From Neisseria dentiae (GTDB lineage Bacteria; Pseudomonadota; Gammaproteobacteria; Burkholderiales; Neisseriaceae): DNA of 32,000 nucleotides. The notes beneath the pieces were generated by a model, which saw only the letters and a program-made list of their open reading frames with translations, did no database searches and was not told the origin of the DNA. A program made the position numbers and the translations under genes. Each line of letters begins with the position of its first letter. Position 1 is the stretch's first letter. Below are positions 24,552 through 32,000 of the stretch, one piece after another. The DNA lies in NCBI RefSeq assembly GCF_014055005.1, contig NZ_CP059570.1:278008-310007 (forward strand). The letters are read 5' to 3'.

Positions 24552-24746
24552 ATGAAAACCACTTCTACTTTGATGGCATTGGCCGGCGCGCTGGTTTTGG
24601 CGGGCTGCCAGGTCGAGCCTGCGCAATCTTCTTCGCCGGAAGTGTCGGTGCAGCAGAAAGCGGGCGAGGGCAAGTGCGGCGCGGCTTCCCAAGCGGGCAA
24701 GGCTGCCGAAGGCAAGTGCGGCGAGGGTAAATGCGGCAGCAAATAA
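24552..24746 (+). CDS. hvfA: EGKCG-repeat precursor peptide 1 (HvfA/oxazolin-like), lipoprotein-type signal
   Basis: 64 aa: MKTTSTLMALAGALVLAGC|QVEP... with three EGKCG motifs, ending EGKCGEGKCGSK. RBS AAGGA lies upstream. The lipobox is LAGC. Confidence 0.75.
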   Translation: MKTTSTLMALAGALVLAGCQVEPAQSSSPEVSVQQKAGEGKCGAASQAGKAAEGKCGEGKCGSK

Positions 24747-24852
24747 TGTGATACCGGTTTGAAAAGGCTGCCAGGCATTTTCAGACGGCCTCATGTGTTC
24801 AACTTCATTTTCAATACTTGTTAATTTTCAATACTTTTTAAAAGGAAACATC

Positions 24853-25083
24853 ATGAAAAAATCTTCTTCTCTGATTGCATTGGCCGGTGCGCTGGCATTG
24901 TTGGGCGGACAGGCAATGGCGGAAACCAAACAGCCCGCTGCAGCCAAAACCGTGAAAACCGCCGTTAAAAAAGCGCAGGAAGGCGCTTGCGGCGAGGGCA
25001 AATGCGGCGCGTCGGCCGGCAAGAAATCTGCCGGTAAAGCGGGCGAAGGCAAGTGCGGCGAAGGCAAGTGCGGCAGCAAATAA
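24853..25083 (+). CDS. hvfA: EGKCG-repeat precursor peptide 2 (HvfA/oxazolin-like), Sec/SPase I-type signal
   Basis: 76 aa: MKKSSSLIALAGALALLGGQAMA|ETK... with one EGACG and three EGKCG motifs and the same C-terminus EGKCGEGKCGSK. RBS AAAGGA lies upstream. Confidence 0.75.
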   Translation: MKKSSSLIALAGALALLGGQAMAETKQPAAAKTVKTAVKKAQEGACGEGKCGASAGKKSAGKAGEGKCGEGKCGSK

Positions 25084-25090
25084 ATAATTG

Positions 25091-25130
25091 AGGCCGTCTG
25101 AAAAGGTTTGCCGTTTTCAGACGGCCTTTT
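25091..25130 (+). terminator. DUS-pair hairpin between the precursor genes and the modification genes (partial terminator or attenuator)
   Basis: AGGCCGTCTGAAAA (25091-25104) pairs with TTTTCAGACGGCCT (25114-25127), followed by TTT. Confidence 0.6.
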
Positions 25131-25169
25131 CGCCCCGTATGGCTGGAACAGTATGAAAAAGGAGATGGA

Positions 25170-26021
25170 ATGAATACCTTGCACGGCGCCGGTTTGGGCT
25201 ACAAACGCAGCATGGCTGCCGATTTCTTGCAGCTTGACCGCAACAACAGCCCGATCCGTTTCATTGAAATCGCCCCCGAAAACTGGTTGAGAATGGGCGG
25301 CGCGGCACGCAAGCAGTTTGATGAAGTGGCCGAACGCTTTCCCGTCGCCTGCCACGGCCTGTCGCTGTCGCTGGGCGGGCAAGACCCGTTGCAGCTTGAT
25401 TTTCTCAAACAAATCAAAGCATTTTTGCGGCAATACCGCATCGGCTTTTTTTCGGAGCATTTGAGCTATTGCAGCCACCACGGCCATATTTACGACCTGC
25501 TGCCGCTGCCGTTTACCGAAGAGTCGGTGCGCCACACCGCCGCGCGCATCCGGGCGGTGCAGGATATTCTCGAAATGCGCATCGCCGTGGAAAACACTTC
25601 ATATTACGCCCACAACCCGATTGCCGAGATGGACGAAGCCGAGTTTCTCAACGCCGTGGTGCGCGAGGCCGACTGCGACATCCATCTGGACATCAACAAT
25701 ATCTACGTTAACGCCGTCAACCACGGCATTGTCGCCCCGCGCGACTACATCGACCGCACCGATTTGGCGCGCGTCAGCTATATGCACATGGCCGGCCACG
25801 ACGAAAAAACCGAAAACCTGCTCATCGACACCCACGGCCAGCCCGTGTGCGACGACGTGTGGGATTTGTTTGCCTATGCCTGCCGCCGCCTGCCGCACAG
25901 CGTGCCCACCCTGCTGGAGCGCGACAGCAACTTCCCGCCGTTTGCCGAGCTGGAAGCCGAAGTCGCCCGCATCGCCGCCATCCAACAACAAGCAGAAAAG
26001 GAACGCCATGCAGCCGCATAA
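25170..26021 (+). CDS. hvfB: DUF692-family multinuclear non-heme iron oxidase (MNIO; MbnB/HvfB/BufB-like)
   Basis: 283 aa with UPF0276/DUF692 hallmarks: GLGYKR near the N-terminus, [25 protein letters not shown] and HMAGHD...LIDTHG. RBS AGGAG lies upstream. Confidence 0.85.
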   Translation: MNTLHGAGLGYKRSMAADFLQLDRNNSPIRFIEIAPENWLRMGGAARKQFDEVAERFPVACHGLSLSLGGQDPLQLDFLKQIKAFLRQYRIGFFSEHLSYCSHHGHIYDLLPLPFTEESVRHTAARIRAVQDILEMRIAVENTSYYAHNPIAEMDEAEFLNAVVREADCDIHLDINNIYVNAVNHGIVAPRDYIDRTDLARVSYMHMAGHDEKTENLLIDTHGQPVCDDVWDLFAYACRRLPHSVPTLLERDSNFPPFAELEAEVARIAAIQQQAEKERHAAA

Positions 26022-26730
26022 CCCCAGCCCCTCCGCCCGCGCGCAGGCCGAGCTGGCCGACCATGTGCGCAACCCCGCGCTGCCCGCGCCCGCCGGCATC
26101 GCCCCCGAGCGTCTGGCCGTGTACACCCGCCTGGTGCGCAACAATTTGAAAAGCTTTCTCGACCTCTGCTTCAGCGACAGCAGCCTTATGCTCGACCCCG
26201 CGCAATGGCAGGGCTGGCAGAACCGCTTTTTGATCGAAGCGCGCCCCGAATCGCCGTTTTTCAACGATATTCCCGCGCAGTTTCTCGCCTACCTCAACCG
26301 CCTGCCCGAACACGACAGGCCGTCTGAAAACATTCTGGCGATGATGGATTTCGAAACCGCGCTGCTGCACGCAGAAACCGCCCGACAACCCGATTCAGAC
26401 GGCCGCTGGAGCGAACACAGCGTGTTATCATGGGCGCCCGCCGCCCGCCTGCAACAATATCCCTGCGATTTCGTCAGCAGCGGTTTGGCGCAGATAAACG
26501 CCGGCGCGTGCCACGTTTTAAGCTGGCGCAACCGCCGCAACGAAGTGTATTACCGCATTGTGGAAGATACCGATTTGTTTTTACTGCAACATTTTCAAAG
26601 CCAAAACGACACCTTCGCCCGCCTGCTCGAAAGCCTGCAAAGCCTGCTGCCGGGGCAGGACATCGAAGGCCGCCTGAAAACGGCCGTCGGCGGTTGGGTG
26701 GAAGCAGGCGTTTTACTCACGGCGGAATAA
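26008..26730 (+). CDS. hvfC: DUF2063-family partner protein (MbnC/HvfC/BufC-like, RRE-containing)
   Basis: 240 aa from the ATG at 26008 (RBS AAGGA). It overlaps hvfB by 14 nt. The N-terminal [22 protein letters not shown] pattern is typical of DUF2063. The 369-aa track ORF is an upstream out-of-context extension. Confidence 0.8.
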   Translation: MQPHNPSPSARAQAELADHVRNPALPAPAGIAPERLAVYTRLVRNNLKSFLDLCFSDSSLMLDPAQWQGWQNRFLIEARPESPFFNDIPAQFLAYLNRLPEHDRPSENILAMMDFETALLHAETARQPDSDGRWSEHSVLSWAPAARLQQYPCDFVSSGLAQINAGACHVLSWRNRRNEVYYRIVEDTDLFLLQHFQSQNDTFARLLESLQSLLPGQDIEGRLKTAVGGWVEAGVLLTAE

Positions 26731-26733
26731 ATC

Positions 26734-27327
26734 ATGGAAGCATTCACGCAAAAACTGGCCGCCATTCGCCAAGATGTGCTGCGCTTTGCCAAAATCCAAC
26801 TGCGCGACGAATATCTGGCCGAAGACATCGTGCAAGACACGCTGGCCGCCGCCATCGCCAAACACAGCCAGTTCCGCGGCGACGCCGGGCTGAAAACCTG
26901 GGTGTTGAGCATACTCAAAAACAAAATCGCCGATTACTTCCGCAGCCACAAATACACCGTCAGCCTTGAGAGCCTGCAAGAAGAAAACGACGCCATCGAA
27001 CGCCACTACGACCACTGTTTCGACGAAAACGGCCACTGGCAGCTTGCCGACAGCCCGCAAAACTGGCAGCCCGCCCCCGAAGAAGCCGTTGCCCGGCAGG
27101 ATTTTTTCCGCGCGCTCGAAAACTGCATGCAGGGCCTGCCGCAGGATACCGCCCGCATTTTCTATTTGCGCGAAGTGATGGGTTGGGACGTGGAAGAAAT
27201 CTGCCGCGAATTTGCCATCAGCAAAGATAACTGCTACGTTATTTTGCACCGCGCCCGCAACGGCCTGCGCCGGTGCCTGCAACACCGCTGGTTCGACTTG
27301 GCCGAAGAAGAAGGCGCAGGGAAATAA
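26734..27327 (+). CDS. rpoE: ECF-type sigma-70 family sigma factor (neisserial sigmaE/Ecf)
   Basis: 197 aa. Region 2 is EDIVQDTLAAAIAKHSQFRGDAGLKTWVLSILKNKIADYFR. Region 4 is EICREFAISKDNCYVILHRARNGLRRCL. The start lies 3 nt after the hvfC stop. Confidence 0.85.
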   Translation: MEAFTQKLAAIRQDVLRFAKIQLRDEYLAEDIVQDTLAAAIAKHSQFRGDAGLKTWVLSILKNKIADYFRSHKYTVSLESLQEENDAIERHYDHCFDENGHWQLADSPQNWQPAPEEAVARQDFFRALENCMQGLPQDTARIFYLREVMGWDVEEICREFAISKDNCYVILHRARNGLRRCLQHRWFDLAEEEGAGK

Positions 27328-27336
27328 GGAGGAAAT

Positions 27337-27513
27337 ATGTTGAAATGCAAAGAAGCCTGCGTATTGCTTTCGCAAAGCCAGGACCGCACACTCACCCCGC
27401 GCGAACGCCTTTCGGTGTGGGTGCATCTGGCAATTTGCCCGCATTGCCGACGATACCGCAAACAGTTGAAGTTTATCAGAAAAAATATTAAAAATTGGCA
27501 GGAGCGGGAATAG
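27337..27513 (+). CDS. mseR: Small cytoplasmic zinc-binding (ZAS, HxxxCxxC) anti-sigma factor (MseR-like)
   Basis: 58 aa, below the track cutoff: MLKCKEACVLLSQSQDRTLTPRERLSVWVHLAICPHCRRYRKQLKFIRKNIKNWQERE. A strong RBS (AGGAGG) is present. The motif is H30-x3-C34-x2-C37. There is no TM segment. Confidence 0.75.
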   Translation: MLKCKEACVLLSQSQDRTLTPRERLSVWVHLAICPHCRRYRKQLKFIRKNIKNWQERE

Positions 27514-27562
27514 GGCGGGGCGGCCGGCTGGAAATTTTCGTGTTTGCCGGCAGGCCATCCGG

Positions 27563-27600
27563 GCAGCGGTTTTTAAACGATAAAACCGCTGCTTTATTTT
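27563..27600 (+). terminator. Rho-independent terminator ending the sigmaE operon
   Basis: GCAGCGGTTTT (27563-27573) pairs with AAAACCGCTGC (27582-27592), followed by TTTATTTTT. Confidence 0.75.
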
Positions 27601-27660
27601 TGCTATCGTGAATCAATTTAAGAAAAGTATGCGCGCCATAATCGGATTAAGTCCAATCAG

Positions 27661-27674
27661 GATAAATAATTATC
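27661..27674. promoter_or_regulatory. Fur-box-like AT-rich palindrome upstream of the TonB-dependent receptor
   Basis: GATAA-ATAA-TTATC, containing ATTATCA. A second (nATwAT)x3-like run, AATAATACTAATTCTTAA, lies at 27810-27827 and matches about 15 of 18 positions. Confidence 0.3.
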
Positions 27675-27861
27675 ATGAAAATAGTTTCAGAGTGTATTTT
27701 ATTTTAAGTAACTGTATTTGAATATAAAAAACAAAATTCGGTTTGGCGAAAGCCGAGCCGAAATTTTTATTGACGTAAAATTATTCCTGTAATACCATGC
27801 AAAAATGTAAATAATACTAATTCTTAATTAATTTGTTTTAAGTGTGTAAACGAGGTGAAAA

Positions 27862-29937
27862 ATGAAGAAAACGATTTTGGCCGTATTGATCGGCAACGCA
27901 TTTATCCTGCCTGCTTGGGCAGAAACGGAAGCACAAACACAAAGCGTTACATTGGATAATGTAGTGGTGAAAGGCGACCGGCAAGGCAGTAAAATCAAAA
28001 CCAATATCGTTACCCTGCAGGAAAAAGACGAAAGCACGGCAACCGATTTGCGTGGTCTGTTAAAAGAAGAGCCTGCGATCGATTTCAGCGGCGGCAACGG
28101 CACTTCTCAGTTTCTCACCATTCGCGGCATGGGTCAGAACTCGGTTGATCTTAAGATAGACAACGCCTATTCCGACAGCCAGATTCTGTATCACCAAGGC
28201 CGCTTCATTATCGACCCGGCGTTGGTGAAAATCGTATCGGTGCAAAAAGGCGCGGGTTCGGCCAGCGCGGGCATCGGTGCCACCAACGGCGCGATTGTCG
28301 CCAAAACCGTTGATGCCGCAGATTTGCTCAAGGGCTTGGATAAAGATTGGGGCGTGCGCGTCAATGCCGGTTATTCGAGCAATGAAGGCCACAATTACGG
28401 CACCAGCGTATTCGGCCGCGCAGGCAATTTTGACGGCCTGCTCTCTTATAGCCGGACAGATGAAGACGATTACAAGGCGGGCAAAGGTTACGCCAACCAA
28501 TATGGCGGCCAAACCGTTTTGAAAAGCGGTTTGGACAAGCGCAGCTATTTGGCCAAAATCGGTGCGAATTTCGACAACCACCGCATTGCCTTGAGCCATA
28601 TGCAGGACCAACATCGCGGCGAGCGTTTTGTGCGCGAAGAATTCGGCTGGGAAACCCTCCCGCGCGGCAACCGGATTGCCGATAATGCCCCGGTTTACCG
28701 TGAAACCACCCTTTCCAACACCAATTTGGAGTGGACGGCACAAGACTTGGGTTTCATCGAAAAACTGGAAGCAAACGCCTATCTGATGAAAAACAAGCGT
28801 TATTCAGTTGACGACACCAGCAACGGTTATGCCGGCAATGTGCCCGGCCCGACCACCACCGTAATCGACACCAAAGGTGCCAATTTGGGTTTGGACAGCC
28901 GCTTGGGCGAAAAAACGCTGCTCAAATACGGCGTGAACTACCGCCATCAGGAAATTAAGCCGCACGCTTTTTTAAATTCGCAATACACCAACAGAGATGA
29001 TGCGCAACTGCAAAGCCTGGTGAGAAGCTACAATCTGGTTAACCCGACCAAGACCGACGCGGGCGTGTATGCGGAAGCCATTCACGATATCGGCGATTTC
29101 ACCTTAACCGGCGGCCTGCGCTACGACCACTTCGACATCAAAACCCACGACGGCAAAAAAGTGTCTGCCGGCCGTCTGAACCCGAGCTTCGGCGTGATTT
29201 GGCAGCCGCTCGACACGCTCAGCTTCAGCGCCGTCCACAACTACGCCAGCCGCAGCCCGCGCCTGTATGATGCCTTGATGATCCACGGCCGCCGCGGCAT
29301 CGTTTCCATTGCCGACGGTACCAAAGCCGAGCGCGCGCGCAACACGGAAATCGGCTTCAACTACAACAACGGCACTTTTGCGGCAAACGGCAGTTACTTC
29401 TGGCAGAAAATCAGCGATGCTATCGCCAACCCGCAAGACCGCCACGGTTCGGCTTTTAGAGAAGCCGCCAATGCGGGCTACATCAAAAACCGCGGCTACG
29501 AATTGGGCGCGTCTTACCGTACCGGCGGCCTGATTGCCAAAGTGGGCGTTGCACACAGCAAACCGCGCCTTTACGACACACACCCCGAGAAGTTGTTAAG
29601 CGACAACCCCGAATTTGCCGTTCGGGTAGGCCGCACGTGGACCGCATCGCTGGCCTACCGCTTCAACAAGCCCGATTTGGAAATCGGCTGGCAGAACCGT
29701 ACCGTGCAGAAAGCCTCGGGTTCCGTTTTGGTGCGCGACGGTTCGCAGGTTGAACGCAAGAGCTATAACGTTAACGATATCTATGCCAACTGGAAGCCGT
29801 TGGGCAAAGATACTTTGAATGTGAATTTCGCCGTTAACAATGTGTTTAACAAGTTCTATTATCCGCACAGCCAGAAGGGTACAACCCTGCCCGGCATAGG
29901 CCGCGATTTCCGCTTGGCAGTGAACTACAGATTCTAA
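27862..29937 (+). CDS. TonB-dependent outer-membrane receptor (haem/hemophore/metallophore-receptor-like subfamily)
   Basis: 691 aa with signal peptide ...ILPAWA|ETE and a TonB-box-like VTLDNVVVKG. Plug motifs are TIRGMGQNSVDLKIDN...HQGRF.IDPALVK.VSVQKGAGSA. The C-terminus ends ...AVNYRF with a terminal aromatic residue. There is no N-terminal signalling extension. Confidence 0.85.
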   Translation: MKKTILAVLIGNAFILPAWAETEAQTQSVTLDNVVVKGDRQGSKIKTNIVTLQEKDESTATDLRGLLKEEPAIDFSGGNGTSQFLTIRGMGQNSVDLKIDNAYSDSQILYHQGRFIIDPALVKIVSVQKGAGSASAGIGATNGAIVAKTVDAADLLKGLDKDWGVRVNAGYSSNEGHNYGTSVFGRAGNFDGLLSYSRTDEDDYKAGKGYANQYGGQTVLKSGLDKRSYLAKIGANFDNHRIALSHMQDQHRGERFVREEFGWETLPRGNRIADNAPVYRETTLSNTNLEWTAQDLGFIEKLEANAYLMKNKRYSVDDTSNGYAGNVPGPTTTVIDTKGANLGLDSRLGEKTLLKYGVNYRHQEIKPHAFLNSQYTNRDDAQLQSLVRSYNLVNPTKTDAGVYAEAIHDIGDFTLTGGLRYDHFDIKTHDGKKVSAGRLNPSFGVIWQPLDTLSFSAVHNYASRSPRLYDALMIHGRRGIVSIADGTKAERARNTEIGFNYNNGTFAANGSYFWQKISDAIANPQDRHGSAFREAANAGYIKNRGYELGASYRTGGLIAKVGVAHSKPRLYDTHPEKLLSDNPEFAVRVGRTWTASLAYRFNKPDLEIGWQNRTVQKASGSVLVRDGSQVERKSYNVNDIYANWKPLGKDTLNVNFAVNNVFNKFYYPHSQKGTTLPGIGRDFRLAVNYRF

Positions 29938-30026
29938 TCTGCCCTACTGTTTTTCAGGTATGGCGGGTATCGCAACCGGATAACCGCTGTGCTTGGAATT
30001 TTGGCGGAAACAGAAATAGAAACTAT

Positions 30027-30065
30027 AAGGCCGTCTGAAAGCATCAAAATCTTTCAGACGGCCTT
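30027..30065. terminator. Bidirectional DUS-pair terminator between the receptor gene and fpr
   Basis: 15-bp stem AAGGCCGTCTGAAAG / CTTTCAGACGGCCTT with a 9-nt loop. Confidence 0.75.
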
Positions 30066-30113
30066 TTATATTGTGTATTCGATTTGGATAATCTTGCAAA
30101 AATCCTGTCGGCT

Positions 30114-30890
30114 TCAAAACCCGTTTTCCATCATAATCTGCCCCGGTATGCGGTTGCGGTGCATGGCGAAACCCATATCGAGCAGCGCTTGGAAAGTATC
30201 CCTCACCATTGCCGGATTGCCGCAAATCATAAAGCGCGTATCCTGCGGGGTGAACGTTTTGCCTGCGGCGGCGGCCAGCCCGCCGTTTTTCAGCAACTCG
30301 GGCAGGCGTTTGTTTAACGCGCCCGCCGCCTGTTCGCGCGTGAGCACGGGCAGGAAGGTGAGTTTGTGGAAATACTCGCCCACTAGAGGGTGCGCCTGCA
30401 AAGCCGCGATGCGCCCGTTAAAAATCAATTCGCCCGCATAAGAAACGGAATGCGCCAGCGTTAAGCTGTCGAAACGCTGCCAGATTTCGGGCTGCTCCAA
30501 TATCGATAAAAACGGTGCGATGCCCGAGCCGGTGCAGAGCATCACTAAATCGCGGCCGTCGGCAAAGCGTTCGGGCAGCAGAAAGCCGGTGGCGGTTTTG
30601 TCGAGCAACACGGTATCGCCGCTTTGCAGTGCGGCAAGTTTGGCCGACATCGGGCCGTTTTCGATCAATACGGCGAAATATTCGAGCGTGTCGGCATACT
30701 CGGCAGACACCACAGAATAAGCGCGCCAAATAAAACCGCTTCCGTCGCGAAAGCCCAGGCGCGAAAACTGGCCGGCCGAGAAGCGGTAGCTTTCGGGGCG
30801 GGTGATGGCGAACGTCATCAGCTTGGGCGTGTGGCGTTCAACCCATAAAACGGTTTCTTCGGTGTATTTGGCTTCGGGTGCGGCGCTCAT
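30114..30890 (-). CDS. fpr: Ferredoxin-NADP+ reductase
   Basis: 258 aa from the ATG at 30890. It contains the RAYS FAD-binding motif (WRAYSVVS) and the NADP-binding motif MLCTGSGIAPF. The C-terminus ...MENGF is typical of bacterial Fpr. Confidence 0.85.
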   Translation of the reverse strand: MSAAPEAKYTEETVLWVERHTPKLMTFAITRPESYRFSAGQFSRLGFRDGSGFIWRAYSVVSAEYADTLEYFAVLIENGPMSAKLAALQSGDTVLLDKTATGFLLPERFADGRDLVMLCTGSGIAPFLSILEQPEIWQRFDSLTLAHSVSYAGELIFNGRIAALQAHPLVGEYFHKLTFLPVLTREQAAGALNKRLPELLKNGGLAAAAGKTFTPQDTRFMICGNPAMVRDTFQALLDMGFAMHRNRIPGQIMMENGF

Positions 30891-31118
30891 GTTTGCCCCT
30901 AATGTTTTCAGACGGCCTGAATTATACCGAAAGGCCGTCTGAAAATGGGTTAGGGCGGGCAAACTTATTTTGACTGTGGTTTTTGGCGGTTGGTCTGTTT
31001 TGGATGCCGCCCTCCGTTAAGCAAGATGCCCGCTGCGCCGTTTGCGCAATTTAACCCCGCTTGCAGATGATTCGGGTAAAATACCGTTCTTTAAATTTTC
31101 CCTATCCCAACCACACAC

Positions 31119-31631
31119 ATGAGCGCCCCAAAATCTTCCAAAATCAAATATTGGCTTTTGATTGCCGCCGCCATCGTGATCGATCAGATCACCAAAACCC
31201 TTGTTTTGCAGCGTTTCCAATTTGCAGAACGTTTGAATATTATCCCCGATTTTTTCGATTTGACGCTGGTGTTCAACACCGGGGCGGCGTTCAGCTTTCT
31301 GGCCGATGCGGGCGGCTGGCAGAAATATTTCTTTCTCGCCCTGGCGGCCGTTATCAGCTTTTATCTTGCCCGCGCGATTGTGAAAGACGACTTCGGCGCA
31401 TGGGGCAAATGGGGCGCGGCGATGGTGATCGGCGGCGCTTTCGGCAATGTGATCGACCGCCTGATTCACGGCCATGTGGTGGATTTTCTGCTGTTTTACT
31501 GGCAAAGCTGGTTTTACCCCGCGTTTAATGCCGCCGACAGCTTTATCTGCGTCGGCGCCGTGATGCTGGTGATTGACGGCTTTAAACACAAAAAAGAAAA
31601 AGCGGCAGGCAGCGGAGCAGAGGCCGTCTGA
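31119..31631 (+). CDS. lspA: Lipoprotein signal peptidase (signal peptidase II)
   Basis: 170 aa with four TM segments. Conserved blocks are [23 protein letters not shown] and FNAADSFI. Confidence 0.9.
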   Translation: MSAPKSSKIKYWLLIAAAIVIDQITKTLVLQRFQFAERLNIIPDFFDLTLVFNTGAAFSFLADAGGWQKYFFLALAAVISFYLARAIVKDDFGAWGKWGAAMVIGGAFGNVIDRLIHGHVVDFLLFYWQSWFYPAFNAADSFICVGAVMLVIDGFKHKKEKAAGSGAEAV

Positions 31632-31659
31632 AAACCATTTATTCAACAAAGTACACATC

Positions 31660-32000
31660 ATGACCCAGAAAACCATAATTTTAGCCAACCCGCGCGGTTT
31701 TTGCGCCGGTGTCGACCGCGCCATCAGCATCGTCGAGCGCGCGCTTGAAGAATTCGGCGCGCCGATTTATGTGCGCCATGAAGTGGTGCACAACAAATTC
31801 GTGGTCGATAACCTGCGCGAAAAAGGTGCGGTGTTCATCGAAGATTTGGCCGACGTGCCCGAAGGCGCCACGCTGGTTTATTCCGCCCACGGCGTATCCA
31901 AAGCCGTGCAGCAGGAAGCGGCCGAACGCGGTTTTCAGGTGTTCGACGCCACCTGCCCGCTGGTAACCAAAGTGCACAAAGAAGTCGCCCGCCTCGATGC
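31660..32000 (+). CDS. ispH: 4-hydroxy-3-methylbut-2-enyl diphosphate reductase, 5' part (runs off the window)
   Basis: My own translation from the ATG at 31660 gives [49 protein letters not shown]...[13 protein letters not shown], the canonical IspH/LytB N-terminus. It is absent from the track because no stop lies in the window. Its position after lspA is common. Confidence 0.9.
   Translation, partial: MTQKTIILANPRGFCAGVDRAISIVERALEEFGAPIYVRHEVVHNKFVVDNLREKGAVFIEDLADVPEGATLVYSAHGVSKAVQQEAAERGFQVFDATCPLVTKVHKEVARLD

Noticed and set aside
25621-26007. N-terminal 129-aa extension of the DUF2063 ORF in the track (369 aa)
   Set aside because: This part lies entirely inside the DUF692 gene in another frame. 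An ATG with an AAGGA RBS at 26008 gives a 240-aa protein of normal DUF2063 length with the family's N-terminal motif.
31017-31730. 237-aa minus-strand ORF opposite lspA
   Set aside because: It is antisense to a gene carrying all the conserved signal peptidase II blocks, and it is a compositional shadow.
31681-31977. Track ORFs 31681-31977 (-) and 31709-31966 (+)
   Set aside because: Both overlap the frame starting at 31660, which translates into an unmistakable IspH N-terminus. They are alternative-frame artefacts.

Overview
This is a Neisseriaceae chromosomal window of about 55-58% GC. The 10-mer DUS GCCGTCTGAA is frequent, mostly in the AG-type context AGGCCGTCTGAA, and often occurs as inverted pairs that form terminators. 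I saw no rRNA, tRNA or CRISPR.

Layout:
(1) 1-5589, core genes: fimV/tspA-like (-), yciB, yciI-like, bolA-like, and two parvulin/SurA-like PPIase genes.
(2) 5588-13995, an ~8.4 kb Nf-type filamentous (inovirus) prophage. It encodes a Rep_trans initiator, an ssDNA-binding candidate, a major coat protein plus a paralog, a TspB/pIII-like adsorption protein, a pVI-like protein and a Zot/pI ATPase. It has no secretin and no tyrosine or serine integrase. It is flanked by a CT duplication and carries an IS110/Piv-family DEDD recombinase at its right end.
(3) 14198-21002, mtrR divergent from mtrCDE (RND efflux).
(4) 21145-23776, an arsR-family regulator, an OYE-type NADPH dehydrogenase and an EamA transporter.
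(5) 24012-27513, a sigmaE/ZAS-controlled operon: doxX, two EGKCG-repeat precursor genes, a DUF692 (MNIO) gene, a DUF2063 gene, rpoE and a 58-aa anti-sigma gene. This is an oxazolin/bufferin-type RiPP metallophore system. A separately transcribed TonB-dependent receptor follows at 27862-29937.
(6) fpr (-), lspA, and the 5' part of ispH.

The most interesting signal is the ~175 nt upstream of the prophage recombinase gene. It contains two guide-hairpin-guide modules. The arms of one match the prophage ends, and the arms of the other match the host DNA flanking the insertion. That is the expected architecture of an IS110 bridge RNA, here apparently mobilising a whole filamentous phage.

Many long antisense ORFs in the track are GC-driven shadows and are not called.
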